DNA from: Callorhinchus milii
Lineage: Eukaryota
DNA length: 64,000 nt
Reading direction: 5' to 3'
Assembly (NCBI RefSeq): GCF_018977255.1
Contig: NW_024704742.1
Coordinates: 59,584,001 to 59,648,000 of the forward strand
In this document: positions 24,554-39,248 of the stretch, one piece after another
Numbering within the stretch: the first letter of the stretch is position 1
Layout: every line of letters begins with the position of its first letter
Notes under the pieces: generated by a model
The model's database searches: none
Told to the model about the DNA's origin: nothing
Seen by the model: the letters and a program-made list of their open reading frames with translations, nothing else
Program-made: the position numbers and the translations under genes

Positions 24554-25124
24554 TTTGGTAGCCCTCTCGCTTCTGAGTCAGAAGGTTGGGGGTTCAATTC
24601 TCACATCAGGACTTTAAACTCATGGTCTACTCTAACATTCAATTTGTGAAATCTTAATAGGGAACAAAGCAAAGAGATATATTTTTAAGCAGACCTTCTG
24701 CACTCAGTTTGTACATTTTTAAGAAACAACAACTGGCATCTGATTTTGAGACTGAATCTCAGGTTGTGAAGGTAGATCTTTTAAGTTCTAAAACTTAGTC
24801 TTACTCTTTCTTCTAACTGCTCATCCTGCAACCAAACAAGTATCCACTTTACTCTTTACAACTTAGAGAAGAAAGTGAACCAAGAATAAAACAGACTCGA
24901 GCTGCTAGATATTCAACCAACTACAAAGATCTGCCTGCATCAAAGAAGCCAAAGCACAGTTCATTATTCTTAAAAGGCACTTCTATCTGTCCACTGAATG
25001 AGTGGATAGAATGATCATTCATTGCAGACAGAAAAGGCCAGGACTGCAAATGTTTCACATATTTAACATGCAAATGGGTGAAACATGTTGCACTGTTTGA
25101 AAGTTACTATTACAGTATTTAATA

Positions 25125-25512
25125 ATAACAATAATAATAGTAATATTTGTGTTTGGTACAGCTCTGTATCCCATTGTTGAAATATCTCAAATCACTTCAT
25201 AGGATTCAACAACTGTGGTTTTATTTGGGGCAATCACTGTACCAATTTGCCCACATCAATGCCTCACAAACGACCATGGAGTGAATGATCAATTTTATCT
25301 TCTTTTTTTGAACAATGTGAGATGTTTAACGTCTAGCCTGAAAAGGTAGACGGGACTTCAGTTTAACGTCTCATCCAAAGGACTGCACCTCTGACTATGC
25401 AGTCCCTTCCTCCTCATCCCAGGACTTCAATGGAATATCAGCCATGATTGTGAGTTCAAAGTCTCAATGCAGGACTTCAGCCCACAAGCTTCTGACCCAG
25501 AGTTGAGAGTGC
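25125..25512 (-). mobile_element. Deu-domain SINE
   Basis: CAGTTTAACGTCTCATCCAAAGGACTGCACCTCTGAC core; partial head; tail. Confidence 0.82.
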
Positions 25513-26014
25513 TGAGTATGTTGAAACCTGAAATGTTACAGTGTAAATTTATTTGGTGTACATTTTTGCAACACTATTTTGTCTTTAAAATTATATCATA
25601 TAGAATAATGGAAATTTCAGAAATGTGTTCTTATATTGGAAGCTAATTTTTCACAGTTCTTGAGAAAACTGGCTTGATTGAAAGAATATTCTATAAATTC
25701 ACATACTTAAAGGTTGAGAAAATAAGGTCCCACAGAATAAAGACTAGATGGAGTGTTTTTCTTCAGCCTTCTACTTTCTGAAAGGCTCATCCATCTGAAC
25801 CAATTTACTAAGTCCTGTGATACTACCAGGGCATCTTTCTACTTTTATTGAACAAACAAAGGACCACACCAATGATGAATGAGAGATTCTTAATAATCGG
25901 CTAGGTAGCAAAGAGCAGTATCTCTTTAAATTGTGTTATATAAACGATTCAGGAAGCCATAAAGAACTTCTAACTAACTGTGCAAAATATTTGCTCATCT
26001 AGTGAATTAAAACA

Positions 26015-26236
26015 AATTGAAAATAATTTGGTCACTCAATCTACAACTGATGTGGGACATTGCTTTGTGCAATTGGCTGCCGCGTTTTGCCCACAAAATA
26101 TACAGTTAATTCACTTTACAGCATATTTTGTGAAATGCTTTGAGACGTCTCAACGATATGATAAGGTGTTATGTCATATCAGATGTCTTGATGATGTGAT
26201 GAGGCGCTCTATCAAATGTAATAATTATTCTTATTA
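26015..26236 (+). mobile_element. SINE 3' half with doubled tail
   Basis: Shared SINE 3' region followed by two successive stem-loop tail segments. Confidence 0.8.
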
Positions 26237-29200
26237 ATTAAGTAATTGATGTATCAGGAACAGGTAGGAATTTTTCTATGAGTGCAAGTGATTATTGAAA
26301 CAATTTGAAAACTGAAAAAACATACATAGGAAAAGTTAACTGGGAAAAATATTAGTATTTAACAATTTACATTTATATATTGCCTTTCATGTTGGAAGTG
26401 CATTTGAAAGCACGTGACATTACTGGCTGGGTACTCATACTGGGGGTGGTTGTCGAAGAGGAGGGGAAAGGATGACCTAAACGCTGTCAAAGAGGTATGT
26501 GTTGGAAAGGACCTGGAAGTTTCAAGCATGAAACAGAAATATTAACAGGAGACAGCTATTATATCGAAGAGCCCTCAACAGTTGCTTGATAAAATTCCAT
26601 GGAGGTGAAGGACAATTGCAACTAATAAAAGTTGCTGGGTTTGCATGTTGACATTACTTTACCAGCATGAGTAATACCACAGTAATAGGGTAAATCAGAG
26701 AACACAAGTATAATGTGCCGTATTGCAAGCACAAATTACCCATCAGATGCTTCAGGTTAGAAGCTTTACATCTGATACACTTTAACGATTGTTCAATAAG
26801 CTTATAGACTATGTCATGGATCTAATTGTTCAGCCAAAAACTGGCAGTTTTTTAAAATAAATTTCTTAATTAAGAAATCCTGAAGTTCATAATGTCAACT
26901 TGCAGGAAACACCAACTCTATTTTTGGAGCAATGTCCCCTCACATCAGAGTGACATGTTTGATACAGTTTTCAGAAAGAAGATCCACTCAGAGTTATTAA
27001 TTAAGAAATCCATAAAAAGATGGAAAACTGACCCCTTGTTCCTCACAAATGAGGATTTATAGAAAATATCATATTATGATAAGCTCTTGCATTAATTAGT
27101 TTTTTTAACAGTAGAATAAAGTTATACTCATCAATTGCATTAACACAGTAAATACAATGACTGAGAACTACAATATTGAAAATAGGTCACCAAAAGTGGA
27201 TTATATTTCGAAGCATATTAGATTGTTACAAACATTAAAGCTGTAAAAGTACACAATTCCAGTAATCCCCAAATAAGTTTCACTTAACAAATAAAATCTA
27301 GTCGGAATTTTACAAATGTTTTTCAGCTTTATTTATTGAATTTATGTTGAAGGAACATTTCCCACCTTAAAAGTCACATTATAATTCATAACTTGTATTT
27401 GCATGGTATCCTCCACCTCCCTTGCTTGTACAGTATTCAGACAGTTGGGGTTATCCCAAAGCACCAAAGGATATTGTTTGGACATGTACAACATCCTCTC
27501 TTATCCCTGATGAATATAATCGACAGTCGACTAAATAAAAACAGTGCTGTCAACTTCTCTTCATAGGATGTGCACGGAAGCCTGACTAAAAAAGCAAACA
27601 TCAAATTCAGTTGTGAGAATGCTGACAGTCTTTTGCTCTTAGAAGCATATGCTATGTTATATATTGTGCGTGATTAATTAATAAAACTTTTCAGCATTAA
27701 ATGAACAAAAATAATCTCATAATAATCCACTTTATTTCATTTTATCTGCTGTAAGCACCTTACAGAACTGAAAAATCAAACCTAACTGAATGGCTGGCAC
27801 CCAGGTTAACTGATAGCTGAGCGTTACATATTCTGGTCAGCTGAAAAGGTAGGTTTCTGATAGGCAATGCATTCAGAATCTGAATTGAAGTGTAATTTTG
27901 GACCTGTTGAGTTTGCAGAGGTATAAATTGGACATGGTGTTCAATGAGCTCAGTTTGAATTAAACTGAAATGCGGAATGGCAAGGATACTCCATTCATCT
28001 GCAATTACATTTTGTAGCAATTATAGTTAAGTTAAGAGGCTTTCTAGGTCACAGATTTGAAAAGGTTACGGGTGCCAATATGCCTTTAATCCAGGCAATT
28101 TGCATATGAGCAATAAATCATCAAGATGATATCAAGATAAAGCCAATTCTGTACTAACCATATGCAATGTTGGATTGCCATGAATTTATGATAAATGAAG
28201 CTCATCAAAAACCTTTTATCAATTTTGCTGCCAGCATTATTTATAGATAAGTTTACAGATGTGGGCTATTCATCACCCATGGTATTGTGGCTTCAGAGAT
28301 TTGCTGAATATGAACTATTAAACATTTCACGGCAATCCACTGTGTATTAATATTTCTGCCTTGTGTACGATTGTTGATTTGTATTAACTTATTTTTAGTT
28401 GTTATTTATGCACAAGAGGTATGTTATGCTGCAATTTTACTGCTGTTTACCAAGCTAACAAACATAGCTTCTCTTGCTTTCAGCAAAGTGGAAGCATGAG
28501 CCTTTAGAGAGGATATGTAGTCCCCAAGCTAGTTTTCCGTATCCAAATGAGAGGAGTTACATTTGCAATACATTCGCCCACAAAATATACAGTCAATTCA
28601 CTTTAGATTATATTCTGTGAAGCGCTTTGAGATGTCTAGAAGATATGAAAAGCGCTATATCAAATACAAAGATTATTAAAACAATCCTGAGTGGAACATT
28701 ATCCTTAAGTCATAAGGCATCAGTCCAAGTAAAAGTAATAGACAAATTACCCTCTTTATCTTCTATAGAGTAACAAACAACATGGCTGGCAAGAATAAAC
28801 ATTCAGATAAATTTTGTCTATGCATTTAGATCAATCGTAGACATTTTCAAAGGAGAAGTATAAATGATATAGCAGTGGGACATTGGCAAAACATGGTGTT
28901 GATTCTGTTTCTTCTATTATTGGCCAACAATCCTACGAATAAAAACATGTTTATTCACTTCATAGCTGTTTGAGGACATTGTTATGCATACATTGGCTGC
29001 TGCTTTTGTCTACAAATGCAGTTTTTACACTTCACAGTAACTCCTTTGATGCTCTCTGAGATGTCTTGATGATGTAATAAAATATGCTATTTCAAATGCA
29101 GGGACTATTATTCATAGGAAAGTACAGAACAAACTTCCATTTTTATAACATCATTATTTTAAAACAGCACAAAGCATTTCACAGCACGTAGATTCTAATG

Positions 29201-32200
29201 TTTAGAACAAATATATTCTAAACTTTTATAAGTTCTCTGATAAGTGCCTATTTAAATCATTGTGTGCAATTTTAAGCATTCTTACATCAAAAGATCAATG
29301 AAACACTGGAACTTGTTCAGAGAGGAGAGAGACCAAAATAAATCCTGAACTTGGTGTAAATTGAGTTTGTTTTCATTGTAATAATAATAAGAATCCTTAT
29401 CTTGGATAAGGGAGAACATCTTAAAGCATTTTAAAGGATTTACTGTATAGATGCATGATATTTTACTAACTTTATCCAGGACTGTAGCCCGTATATAGAA
29501 ATTAACATTAAAGAATTCCCTCTCCCATACATCTATGGATCTACAAACGAGAGGCTGTGTTGATGAACTTGTTCAAAAGGTAATGGATAAATATCTGTTT
29601 GGGAATAGCAATGGAAGTTGTAGAGAATATTTAGATAGATATAGATTGACTCAATTGGTTACAAGGTTAATGCACTCCTGGGATGGGGGAGAGTGGGGCA
29701 TAGAGCCAGGATTGAAGAGTAGAGATTGGAAGATAGATACATATCCTAGAATTCAGCTGGGTGACCTTTTGTGATCATGTACTCTTTCTGAATAACTTTC
29801 TTTCAGAGCATGAAATGAAATGGAGTGCATGAGAGAGTAGACTGTACATTGTCTGTGAACAAGTTTAATGGGCTGTTGGCCTTTTAGAAGGCTGCAAGCA
29901 CATCCGTCTCTGATAGTTTAAGCCAAATAATAAGACTGCAAAGTGATTGCCTCCTTCCACGGGCAACAGAGCATAACATAGCACCAGCAAGGTACAAGCA
30001 ATGTAAAGGATTCTCAACATCATTCCGGCAAAGCAGCATTATGTTTTTTTAAAACATCTAACAGATCTTGGTAAGCAGTTAATTCCATCAATGTGAAGCA
30101 ATGAGGCAAAGATGATTAAGTTTCCAATTATGCTTGGAACATACAAATGTGGGTTAAAGCTGCCCATTCATAAATCAAAGTGTACCTTTCAAAGTGTCTT
30201 CTCTGAATATTCAACTTATGTGTCATGTGAAGTGCCTACTACCCTTGATGTCTTAGGGTGGGTTGGGGATAGGAGGATGGGAGTGAGGGTGGGGTTGGTG
30301 TCTGTTAAAGTCAACTGTTTATGTCGACTGGATAGCAAAAACAACTAGCTCAACATTGCAACCTTAAACAACCAAATGAAATATGAGCACCTGTGTAAGA
30401 CCATCCTACGTAAATTGTTCTCCTCTTCTACTTATATGGCCAACATGATTTGGACAGTCTGTCCACCTTTTCCTTTACACATGGCGTAAATTGACGATGG
30501 AAACTATTTGCTATCAAGTCTTGATTGGATTCTTCAGTTGCCTGTGGGATTATCTGAGGCAGGATAACTCAAATGTAAAATCCTTGCAGGGATCAGGATC
30601 AGAAACAAAGGTATCTGACTCTTGATTAGAACATTTGGGATTCTGTTTTGAAGAATCAGCAATGGAAACTTTGCAGATTTCTGCAAAGCAAACACATTAT
30701 GAAAATGGCTGCAATTCCCTGCAGGACCATTGTTGTACATATCGCTCGATTCTTAGATGTTCATTTTCAGCAGGACTGAAGATTTGTAGTTTTTTAAAAC
30801 AAAAGCTGAATGAGCACTAATTTAGAGGTACACTGATCAGGATATCTCTTTCAGAATCACTATTTAAAAAAAATGCTGAAAGTCATAAATGTTAGTAAAC
30901 AAAGGCAATAGTATCTTAATCTTACTCATTACAGTCATACTTTTATGCAATCATTTGCACGATGTGCCCAATGGCTGTCTCTTTGCTGTGAATTTCTAAT
31001 ATCAACATGATACGTAACTAAGTAAGATCACCCGTTAATACTTTGCAGTCTTAAGGACACATCTAACCTACCTAGTCTCATTTATGAGTCAGACAAAACT
31101 GGTTATGTTATGTTATGTTAACCATCAACAATGCGTTCGATTATCTCTATTTATTTGTTAGATGTCTTTAGAAACAATTCAATTCCATGGAAGTCCTGAT
31201 TAATTTCCACCCTGCTACGCCACCCCCACCAAGAGTAATTTATTTAGACAATGTCTGCACTTTAGCCATATACAAATATACAAAAAGTGGTGTAAGCTGA
31301 AAGTGGACCCACCGGCTATTAAAACCCAGATCTTTTGGTCCATTGTTTGATGCTTATATTGCTGATCTACGTGGGTCACTGTATTTTAGGGTACTCTAAA
31401 AATCATCAGTTGAAAATAAAATATGTCTCTAGAGGAAGGATCGCATCCTAATTCATGAACCATCAGGTTAAGGGGCACCCATGCAGATCAACCTTACAAA
31501 GTGCCCACACTTATCCTGGGTTAGAAACAAAAGGAAAGAAATCTTGCCTCCGATTTCACATGCTCGTGATAGAAGTACAGAGATGTAAATGCTGTGTAAG
31601 TTTCAGGGATGCAAACCCGCATAAAGGGCACTATATAAATGCAAGTTGTTGTTGTTGTAGGAACTAGATTTGCTATAACTCTCTCCTCCCCTCTCAGCTG
31701 CTGTCATTGTCAAGGACTCTGCCAACAGTCACGGTCTTGGCTCACACATGGAGAAAGACCACTTGGGAGAGGTTGTAGAGAACGACCAATAAAATAGTGA
31801 ACAGGACAAAAAAGGAGGGGAGTGAATTAGCAAGATAAAAACCTGCTATAAATATTTAAAAAACCAATACTTCCGCTTTTTAGCTTAGTGCACATTATTA
31901 AAAATGAAATTGTGTTAGTCATTCCCCATTAGCGAACTGAGAAGAAGGATGAGTGTTTATTTTCTTGATGTTCTGCCAATTTGATTCAGCCTGCATATAG
32001 TGTACAGGAGCAGAACAGGATGATTTACTCTCCTTCCTCCCTCCCTACGGGGAAATGTATGAATGAGATCAGAAACCTATCCAGGGTATCATAGATGTGT
32101 CACACATCCTGCTTCTCTCTGGCACAGAATATTATAGCACCATTGTACTACCATATACTATAAGTCTATTTATTTTTAATGATATTTGCAATATTGAAAA

Positions 32201-34119
32201 GTAATTTATTTTTACAGAACTGAACGTGTGACTGAAAATGCTGTATATGACTATTTGTCAATCAGAATTTTATCATTTTTAAAGCATATCTTATTGCATT
32301 TCTAAGACGTTTGCTAAGTCAGAACTACAATGTGCATCCTATGTAAAGGCACTCTGTACTGCTGAAATGATTCATTCAAATATTATATTTAGCAATCTTC
32401 AATGGGACTATGAGCAATAAATTGCAAGTATAGCTGAGCACAAACTAAAACAACACATACTGATATTGTGTGACTACTGTATTTTATGACTGCTTCTATA
32501 GAATAATGCATTAATAAACATATGATGGCCAAATTTCCCACATTCGTGGAAGGATATTACTTTCAAGAAATCATCTCAAATGGGCACTTGCCCATTCTGA
32601 AGCACTATCCTACCAAGTAATGTAACACTGCTTTAGGTTAATTTTCCAAAATAAAATTCAATACTATTTAATCTTACCCTTTGTTTTACTGAATAATGTG
32701 TTTTATTATTATCATGGCAAACATGTGTAATTAGATTTCTGGAAAAATAATAGACCTGAGATTGTCATGTATTTTTCACTGAGAATCTATTAAATCATAT
32801 ATCCCTTTGGACACTTTTGGCTGTATTTTGATTTGTGATGCAAAAGTATTTTTAAAGTGAATTATTTTTGAATTTTTTAAAAAAATATTACAACCTCAAT
32901 AAATTGTATTTCCAAGTCTATCCTTCTTCTACTACATTCTCTTTGCATATGGTACTTGCTGCCTCTAATTCTCGCTCTCTCAGTTTACAATTAGCATTCT
33001 CTTATAATTCCCTAACAAGAGAACGGAGGTGGCTTCAACTCAATACAATTGAGATGGCAGTATGTAGTAGCTACAACAGCACAAAAAACACTGTTCTGTG
33101 ATTAAATAACAAATTAAATGTGTGAGTACAACACTGTAAGATAGTTCCCAAGGAACAGTTTATTACAAAAAAACTGTTAATTATTTTAAGTAATCGCATT
33201 TAGTGGGCTCCTTTGTAGAGTGGCTGTATTGATCCATTTTAATTAGAATGGACATTCAGGGTATGAGCTGAATTAATGCCTTTACTACACTTGGTTACTT
33301 TTTTTGTTACTAGCAAAGCAATAAGACTATTTCTTGAAAACACAATGATGCATACGAGACGAACCCCTACCCCCAAAATAGAAAACGCTCACAATCAGGC
33401 TGTTAACATTGCAATTTGGTTAACAATGCCACTCGGCACATCTGCTTCATTGAAATGGATGAATGTAGATCCTGTGAATAGTGTTGTTTGTACAACAAAA
33501 ATGTTATCTTATTGTCTCAAGACTTAGAGGTATAAACATTCGGGTGCAAAAATCGTCAAGCACATTAGTTGCAGCATTAAAATCTGCAGATAACAACTCT
33601 CATAGGATGGAGGCGAGAAGCCCTTGTCATCCTCCAACTTGCCTGCAGTCTTCCTACTGAGACACATCTCCCCCATGATACAGATTGTAAAAATTGTAGA
33701 AATTGTTGCTGAGCACTGGCAAAAAGATTAAACGTCTATCAATCAATAGGCAACTAAAAACTTTGATCTTTCACTAATGCTGGTGCTCCAAGATGCAATA
33801 CAATAAGGAAGAATTTATGCACCTTCTCACTGGTCAATGTGAGATGTAATGTACTGCATGGTTTCAGGTCAGATCCAAGATGTAACTATAAAGTCTTTGA
33901 GCAAATGTCTTGGGACATAATGAACAATTGACCTGTTTCTACCTGAGTGATGACATGGAAGTACAAGACAATGCAACTAATATGTGATTATATGGTTCTA
34001 AATATGATTAATTATATGATTAGAATATTGTTGTACAAATGTACAGGAAGACAACTGAATGCTCGATATTGAAAGGCCAGTGTGTTCATTTTTACCAATA
34101 CACGAACTGTTCATTCACT

Positions 34120-34590
34120 AATTGTCAGAGGTGCTGTCCTTCAGATGAGACAATAAACCTGCCTGTTCAGGTTCAAGAAGTTATAACATAAGAATTAGGA
34201 TCAGGAGTAGGCCATTCGGCCCCTCTAGCCTGCCCCGCCATTCAATAAGATCATGGCTGATCTATTCTAACTCCACCTACCAACCTTATCCCCTTAATCC
34301 CTTTATGTACAAGAAATCTATCAATCTCAGATTGATAAATTAAAAACCCCGCGACACTATTTGAAAAGAGAAGGGAGTTTTTCCCATTTCCTGGCCAACA
34401 GGATAAAAATTCTTCCCAGATAAAATTTGTCATTCACTTTGTGGCTGTTTGTGCGACATTGCTCTACACAAATTGGCTGCAATGTTCACCTACAAATATA
34501 CAGTCACTACTGCTCACAGTAAAAATAAAAACTGTGAACCACTTTGGGATATCTGGACAATGTAATAAGGCACTGTATCAAATACAAAGT
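34120..34590 (+). mobile_element. Deu-domain SINE carrying a CR1 tail insertion (34175-34330, minus strand)
   Basis: Deu core breaks at CCTGTTCAGGT and resumes at TAAAAACCCC...ACTATTTGAAAAGAGAAGGGAG; the insert matches the CR1 tail at 19280-19440. Confidence 0.85.
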
Positions 34591-36344
34591 TCTCATACAA
34601 TAACCATCTATTATGTCTTGTGATATAGTGAACACACCTGCAAATATATACCTTCCGAATGAATCGCTGACAAAACTATTTCATATTTCAGTAGAAATAC
34701 TTGTTTCAATGAAAGAGGTTGTCACCTCTTACAATTTCAATGCCAGACTGGCGACAAGAATAATGGCTGGAACACTGAGCTTTGTTCAATTAATGATAAC
34801 AATTATTTTAATATTAATAATTAATGCCTATTAATGTCATAAAACACTTTGGTAAGTGAAATAAAAGGACTACCATTCTAGATGGGCACTTCTAAACCCC
34901 CACACATTTGATGCACACTTCATCACTTCCCGAGTATTGGGGTGCACGGTATTGTCATCCTTCGGCTGAAACATTAGCTCTTTTACGTTTGAGTAGAAAT
35001 AATAGTGCAAGTGTGCATTAAAGATCTGGTGTCTCTATTTGAAGACAGAAAATAATCTTTCCCAATGTCCTAGCCTACAAACTTTAATTAAATTGATCAG
35101 ACACACATTGTTGTTTGTGGGAGCTTGCTGTATGCAAAATGTCTTCCTCATTTGTCTATGAAATTCCTAGTTACTGCAGCTATTCTTTATGGTCAGCCTG
35201 GCATCTAGCACATGTGGACATCCATCATTATGCTCCATACCAGACTGAGAGTGCCACAGATGTGTACCACCCAGACATGGAAATTGCCCTCGTCTCTGGA
35301 ATACAGTGTTCATTCTCTCACTGTAGGAATGCAGTCTGTTTACCCAATCCTGGAACTCTTTGTGAAGCTCTTTGAGACATTTCAATGTCATATATCAAAT
35401 GCTAGATAATAACAACTGTGTTAGTTGAGCAGAACGAGCAGTCAGGTAAGTAGCGTTTATTTAGTCACTGAGCTATGATGAGGCCGGGTCTGAAGCGTTT
35501 TGAGGGCAAGGATCTTGGAATTCAATCTGCTAGGGGGTGGGAAGCCAGTTGAGATGAGCGAGGGTGGAGTGATTATTTCGCTGAGCCTGGTTTAGGAGAG
35601 GATATTACCTGCAGAGTTTTGCATTGTCTGCAGCTTGTGTAGGGAAGAGAAAGGTTTTGCATTATAATTCTTATATTATTTTGAATGGTGACTTTTCAAA
35701 ATGAATGAGACACTAACACCCACATATACGTACTTACCTACAAGAAATGGAAATTACTTATCATGTTGTTTTCTACTTCAATTATTCTTCCTGATCTTAA
35801 ATGGTATTGGAATAAAAATCCACTGCCTCCACGCCTATTGAATACCCCTTCCCTTTCTTCTCCCTCAATATTAAGCAATTATTTTGAGCAAAATTTTAAT
35901 ACAAGAAGGAAGCACATGCTGGCACTGAACTGGGGGATCGAAACTAGCAATTTTTATTCCGTGCAGATTTGAATGGCTTGCCTGAGATGAAGATCAATCT
36001 GAACTGAACCACCTCTCTTAGGTAGCCCACTCATCCCTACTGAGCTCTGTAATTGGATGCAGCACACCAGGATGTTCTACTTTCCAATACCGCTGTCACT
36101 CATCAACTGCAAAAACAAATCTGCAGAAATTCACAAAATGTGTTACAATACTCTAGGTACTCAACAACACCTGGAATTACTGAAGCGAAGATGGAGCAGT
36201 TAATTGCACACTTTGAGACAACATACAATCAAATATAATGAGTGTTTCTGGTGCCAGGTTCTGAGTTTCAGTAAACGGAGAAAATGCAGGAAGCAGGTTC
36301 GCTTAATTGGCTTTCATCTCCAAAATACACAATCACTACACATT

Positions 36345-37001
36345 ACAGTCCTCGATTGCAGACTCCATCTTGATAATCCAATCTGGAACCTTAGCGTCTT
36401 GTTTGATCCTCAACTATCTTTACTACCCCACATCTGTGCCATGACCCGCTCTGCCTTACCTTCCTCTGCAACATCACCCGGCTCCGCCATTGTCTCACAC
36501 CTCAGGCCGCCAAAACCCTCATATATGCTTTCATTACATCGAGGATCGACTATGCAAACTCATTGCTTGTCGGCCTCTCCAGCTCCTCCCTCCATAGACT
36601 GCAGATCACCCAGAACTCTGCAACCCATGTCCTCTCCCTCACTAGGCTTCACGACCCTATCAGCCCCATCCTCGCCCAATTCTACTGGTTTCCCATTACA
36701 CAGAGGACCAAGATCCTGGTCCTCACCTTCAAAGCCCTCCATGGTCTTGCTCCCCTCCTAATCCTCTACAATCCTGCTCGCTCCCTCTGCTCAGCGGCTC
36801 CGGCCTGCTTCACGTCCTCTGCACCGTTTGCCCCACTATTGGCAGGCAGGCCTTCTGCCACTCTGCTCCCACGCACTGGAACTCCATCCCACAGTCCCTC
36901 CACCTCACCCCCAGCTCAGGTCCGAAATTCTGCCTGTCCAGCACCTTGGGACGTCCTCCCGACGTGAAAGGTGCTATGGAAATGTAGTATTGTTGTTGTT
37001 G
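36345..37001 (+). mobile_element. L2 3' portion
   Basis: LHRLQITQNSATHVL...KILVLTFKALHGLAP; tail ACGTCCTCCCGACGT plus (GTT)n. Confidence 0.93.
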
Positions 37002-37435
37002 TACAGTCAAGCGTTTTGTGTCTTCGTGACATGAAAGGCAAGGATTATTCTTATTATTCACACTGATTTATTGTGAAGAACTGCCACTTAATATGTTAAT
37101 TATGTACTAAAAATGTTTGAATTATATAGTATTAAATCAGGATGGAAACTTTCTTGCTAATACACCGTTGCTCAGTAAAATTGAGTCTATTATGGAAGTT
37201 GTACAAACAGAATGAATCAGAGGTGCTCTTGATTGTGTATTTAACAAGAAAGGTTACAGTTCACTCTGTAATATTTTATAAGCAGTCAATGCAAGGCTGT
37301 TACAAGAACACAAATGCTGTTAATCTCAACCTGGGTAAGTCACAGTTGGAGGGGAGGATTACTGACCCTGGTAAGAATTGGGAAGAAATTTGCATCATTG
37401 CACAAAGTGTTCATTGTGGCAATTATAATCCTATA

Positions 37436-37890
37436 AATAATAATAATCCTTGCATTTGTTATAGAACCTTATCATACCTATCAAACAACCCTTTCAAAGC
37501 ATTTAATGGGATTTACTCTAAAGTGGTTACTGTGTGCTCGTAGGCAGTCATGGCAGACAATTTGCGCACAGTAATTTCCCATGAACTGCCATGAGTGACT
37601 GTCTAACTCTATCTGGTAGATTGTGGATCAAGAAACAGGAGAATCTTTTCAATTAGTATCAAAGGATCGTTAATGTCCAACCCCAAGTAATGGGAACTTT
37701 GATTTCATCCAAAGGATGGCGCTTCCAACAAGGCAATGCTCCACCACCACCACATCAGAGTGTCAACCTCTCCACCACCGCTACATCGGTGTGTTAACCC
37801 AGACTGTATGAGCTTAAAGTCCCAACATAAGGCTTGAATTCACAATCTTCTTATGAGACGAGATTGCTACTGACTGAGCAAGGCTTACAT
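37436..37890 (-). mobile_element. Deu-domain SINE with an internal 31-bp tandem duplication
   Basis: Head, core and tail in reverse complement; duplicated unit at 37739-37800. Confidence 0.8.
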
Positions 37891-38832
37891 CAATCACATC
37901 AAAGGCAAAATGAAACACAAGTCATTTCACCCCTCTGTTACTATAAGGTGAAAATGTAATAAATGATCGGATAATTAACACTGGTGGTAAAAAAAACAGT
38001 TTTAAATGACCACACATAGCATTATTCACCCTAATATTACCAAGGAAGATAATAGAAGACAAGACTTTCACGTAATAGTAAATGTTTTGTACACAAACTT
38101 GAGAAATTTTACAAATCCAATCTGTAACATGGTTGGCTTCGGTGAACGAGATCTGGTTTGAATTCATCAAGTCTAAATCCCCTGCTGAGGTTCTGGATCC
38201 AAATCAGGTACTTGTCCATATGTAGTACAAACATTTTAGATGGAAGATTGACACAGTTCAATGGTTTTTTCAAATTTGGTTAATTTAGCAGATGTAAGCC
38301 GACGTGCTGAAATAATATGGGGAAGCTGCGCTCCCACAGGGTTGAAGCTTCTCACAAAACACTGACAAAAAACTCTGGTGCCAATACAGCTAATTTCCTT
38401 GTTCCGGGTGTCAGAACTATTTCAAAATCACTTAATTAATGTGCCGAAAAAGATTCTTTTACAATTAAGACTAATTCAATTATGCTCTTAAATAGATGAA
38501 GTTACGCTGCTTGCCTCATTAAAATGATAATGAAGCTTATGATTATCAAACTGCTTTGTAATTGCTGTTAGTTCAATGAAGAAATGACTAATTATAAATA
38601 AAATAAATAGAACTTTCCCCAGGTCATCTTTCATTAGTTTTGATCCCAGCAGGCTATATTCTGTTACATCTCTCATACAGTTCATTTGTCCAAATGATAT
38701 AAACATTTGTTATGTTTTTTTTTGTGTGGGCAAGTGAGAGTGATAAGACTAACACTCAGAGGAAAGGACTACACATGAGTTCTAAATTTGCATTGGTACT
38801 TGTAGATATGAGCACAATCAAATATGTTTTGT

Positions 38833-39248
38833 GTGTCAGCCTAGTGTAGTGGTAGCACTCTTGCCTCTGAATCAGATGGTTTAGGATTCAAGCCCCACAA
38901 CAATATCACATAGTCTAAGCTGACACTCCCATGCAGTGCTGGCAGTATGCCGCATTGTCGGAGTACTGTCCTTCAGATGAAACGTTAAATTGTGGTTCCG
39001 ACTGCCTGTTCAGGTGGACGTTAAAGATCCCATTGCACTATTCAACAAGAAAAGGGAGTTTCACCCAATGTCCTGGCCAACAATCCCCCAAATAAAATTG
39101 TCACGCACTCCACAACTGTTTGCAGGACATTGCTGTGGGCATTTCTCTCACAAAATACAGTCAATCCACTTTACAATGTATCCTGTGAAGCACAATGAGA
39201 CGTCTTGATGACGTGAAAGGTGCTATATCAAATGCAAAGATTATTATT
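38833..39248 (+). mobile_element. Full-length Deu-domain SINE, clearest copy
   Basis: tRNA-like head GTGTCAGCC...GGTAGCACTCTTGCCTCTGAATCAGA; core CTTCAGATGAAACGTTAAA...AAAGATCCCATTGCACTATT...TGTCCTGGCCAA recalls the DeuSINE (AmnSINE1/SacSINE1) domain; L2-like tail. Confidence 0.88.

Noticed and set aside
38110..38212. Plus-strand exon candidate SVTWLASVNEIWFEFIKSKSPAEVLDPNQ ending CAG|GTAC
   Set aside because: No adequate acceptor, an in-frame stop just upstream, and no recognisable homology.
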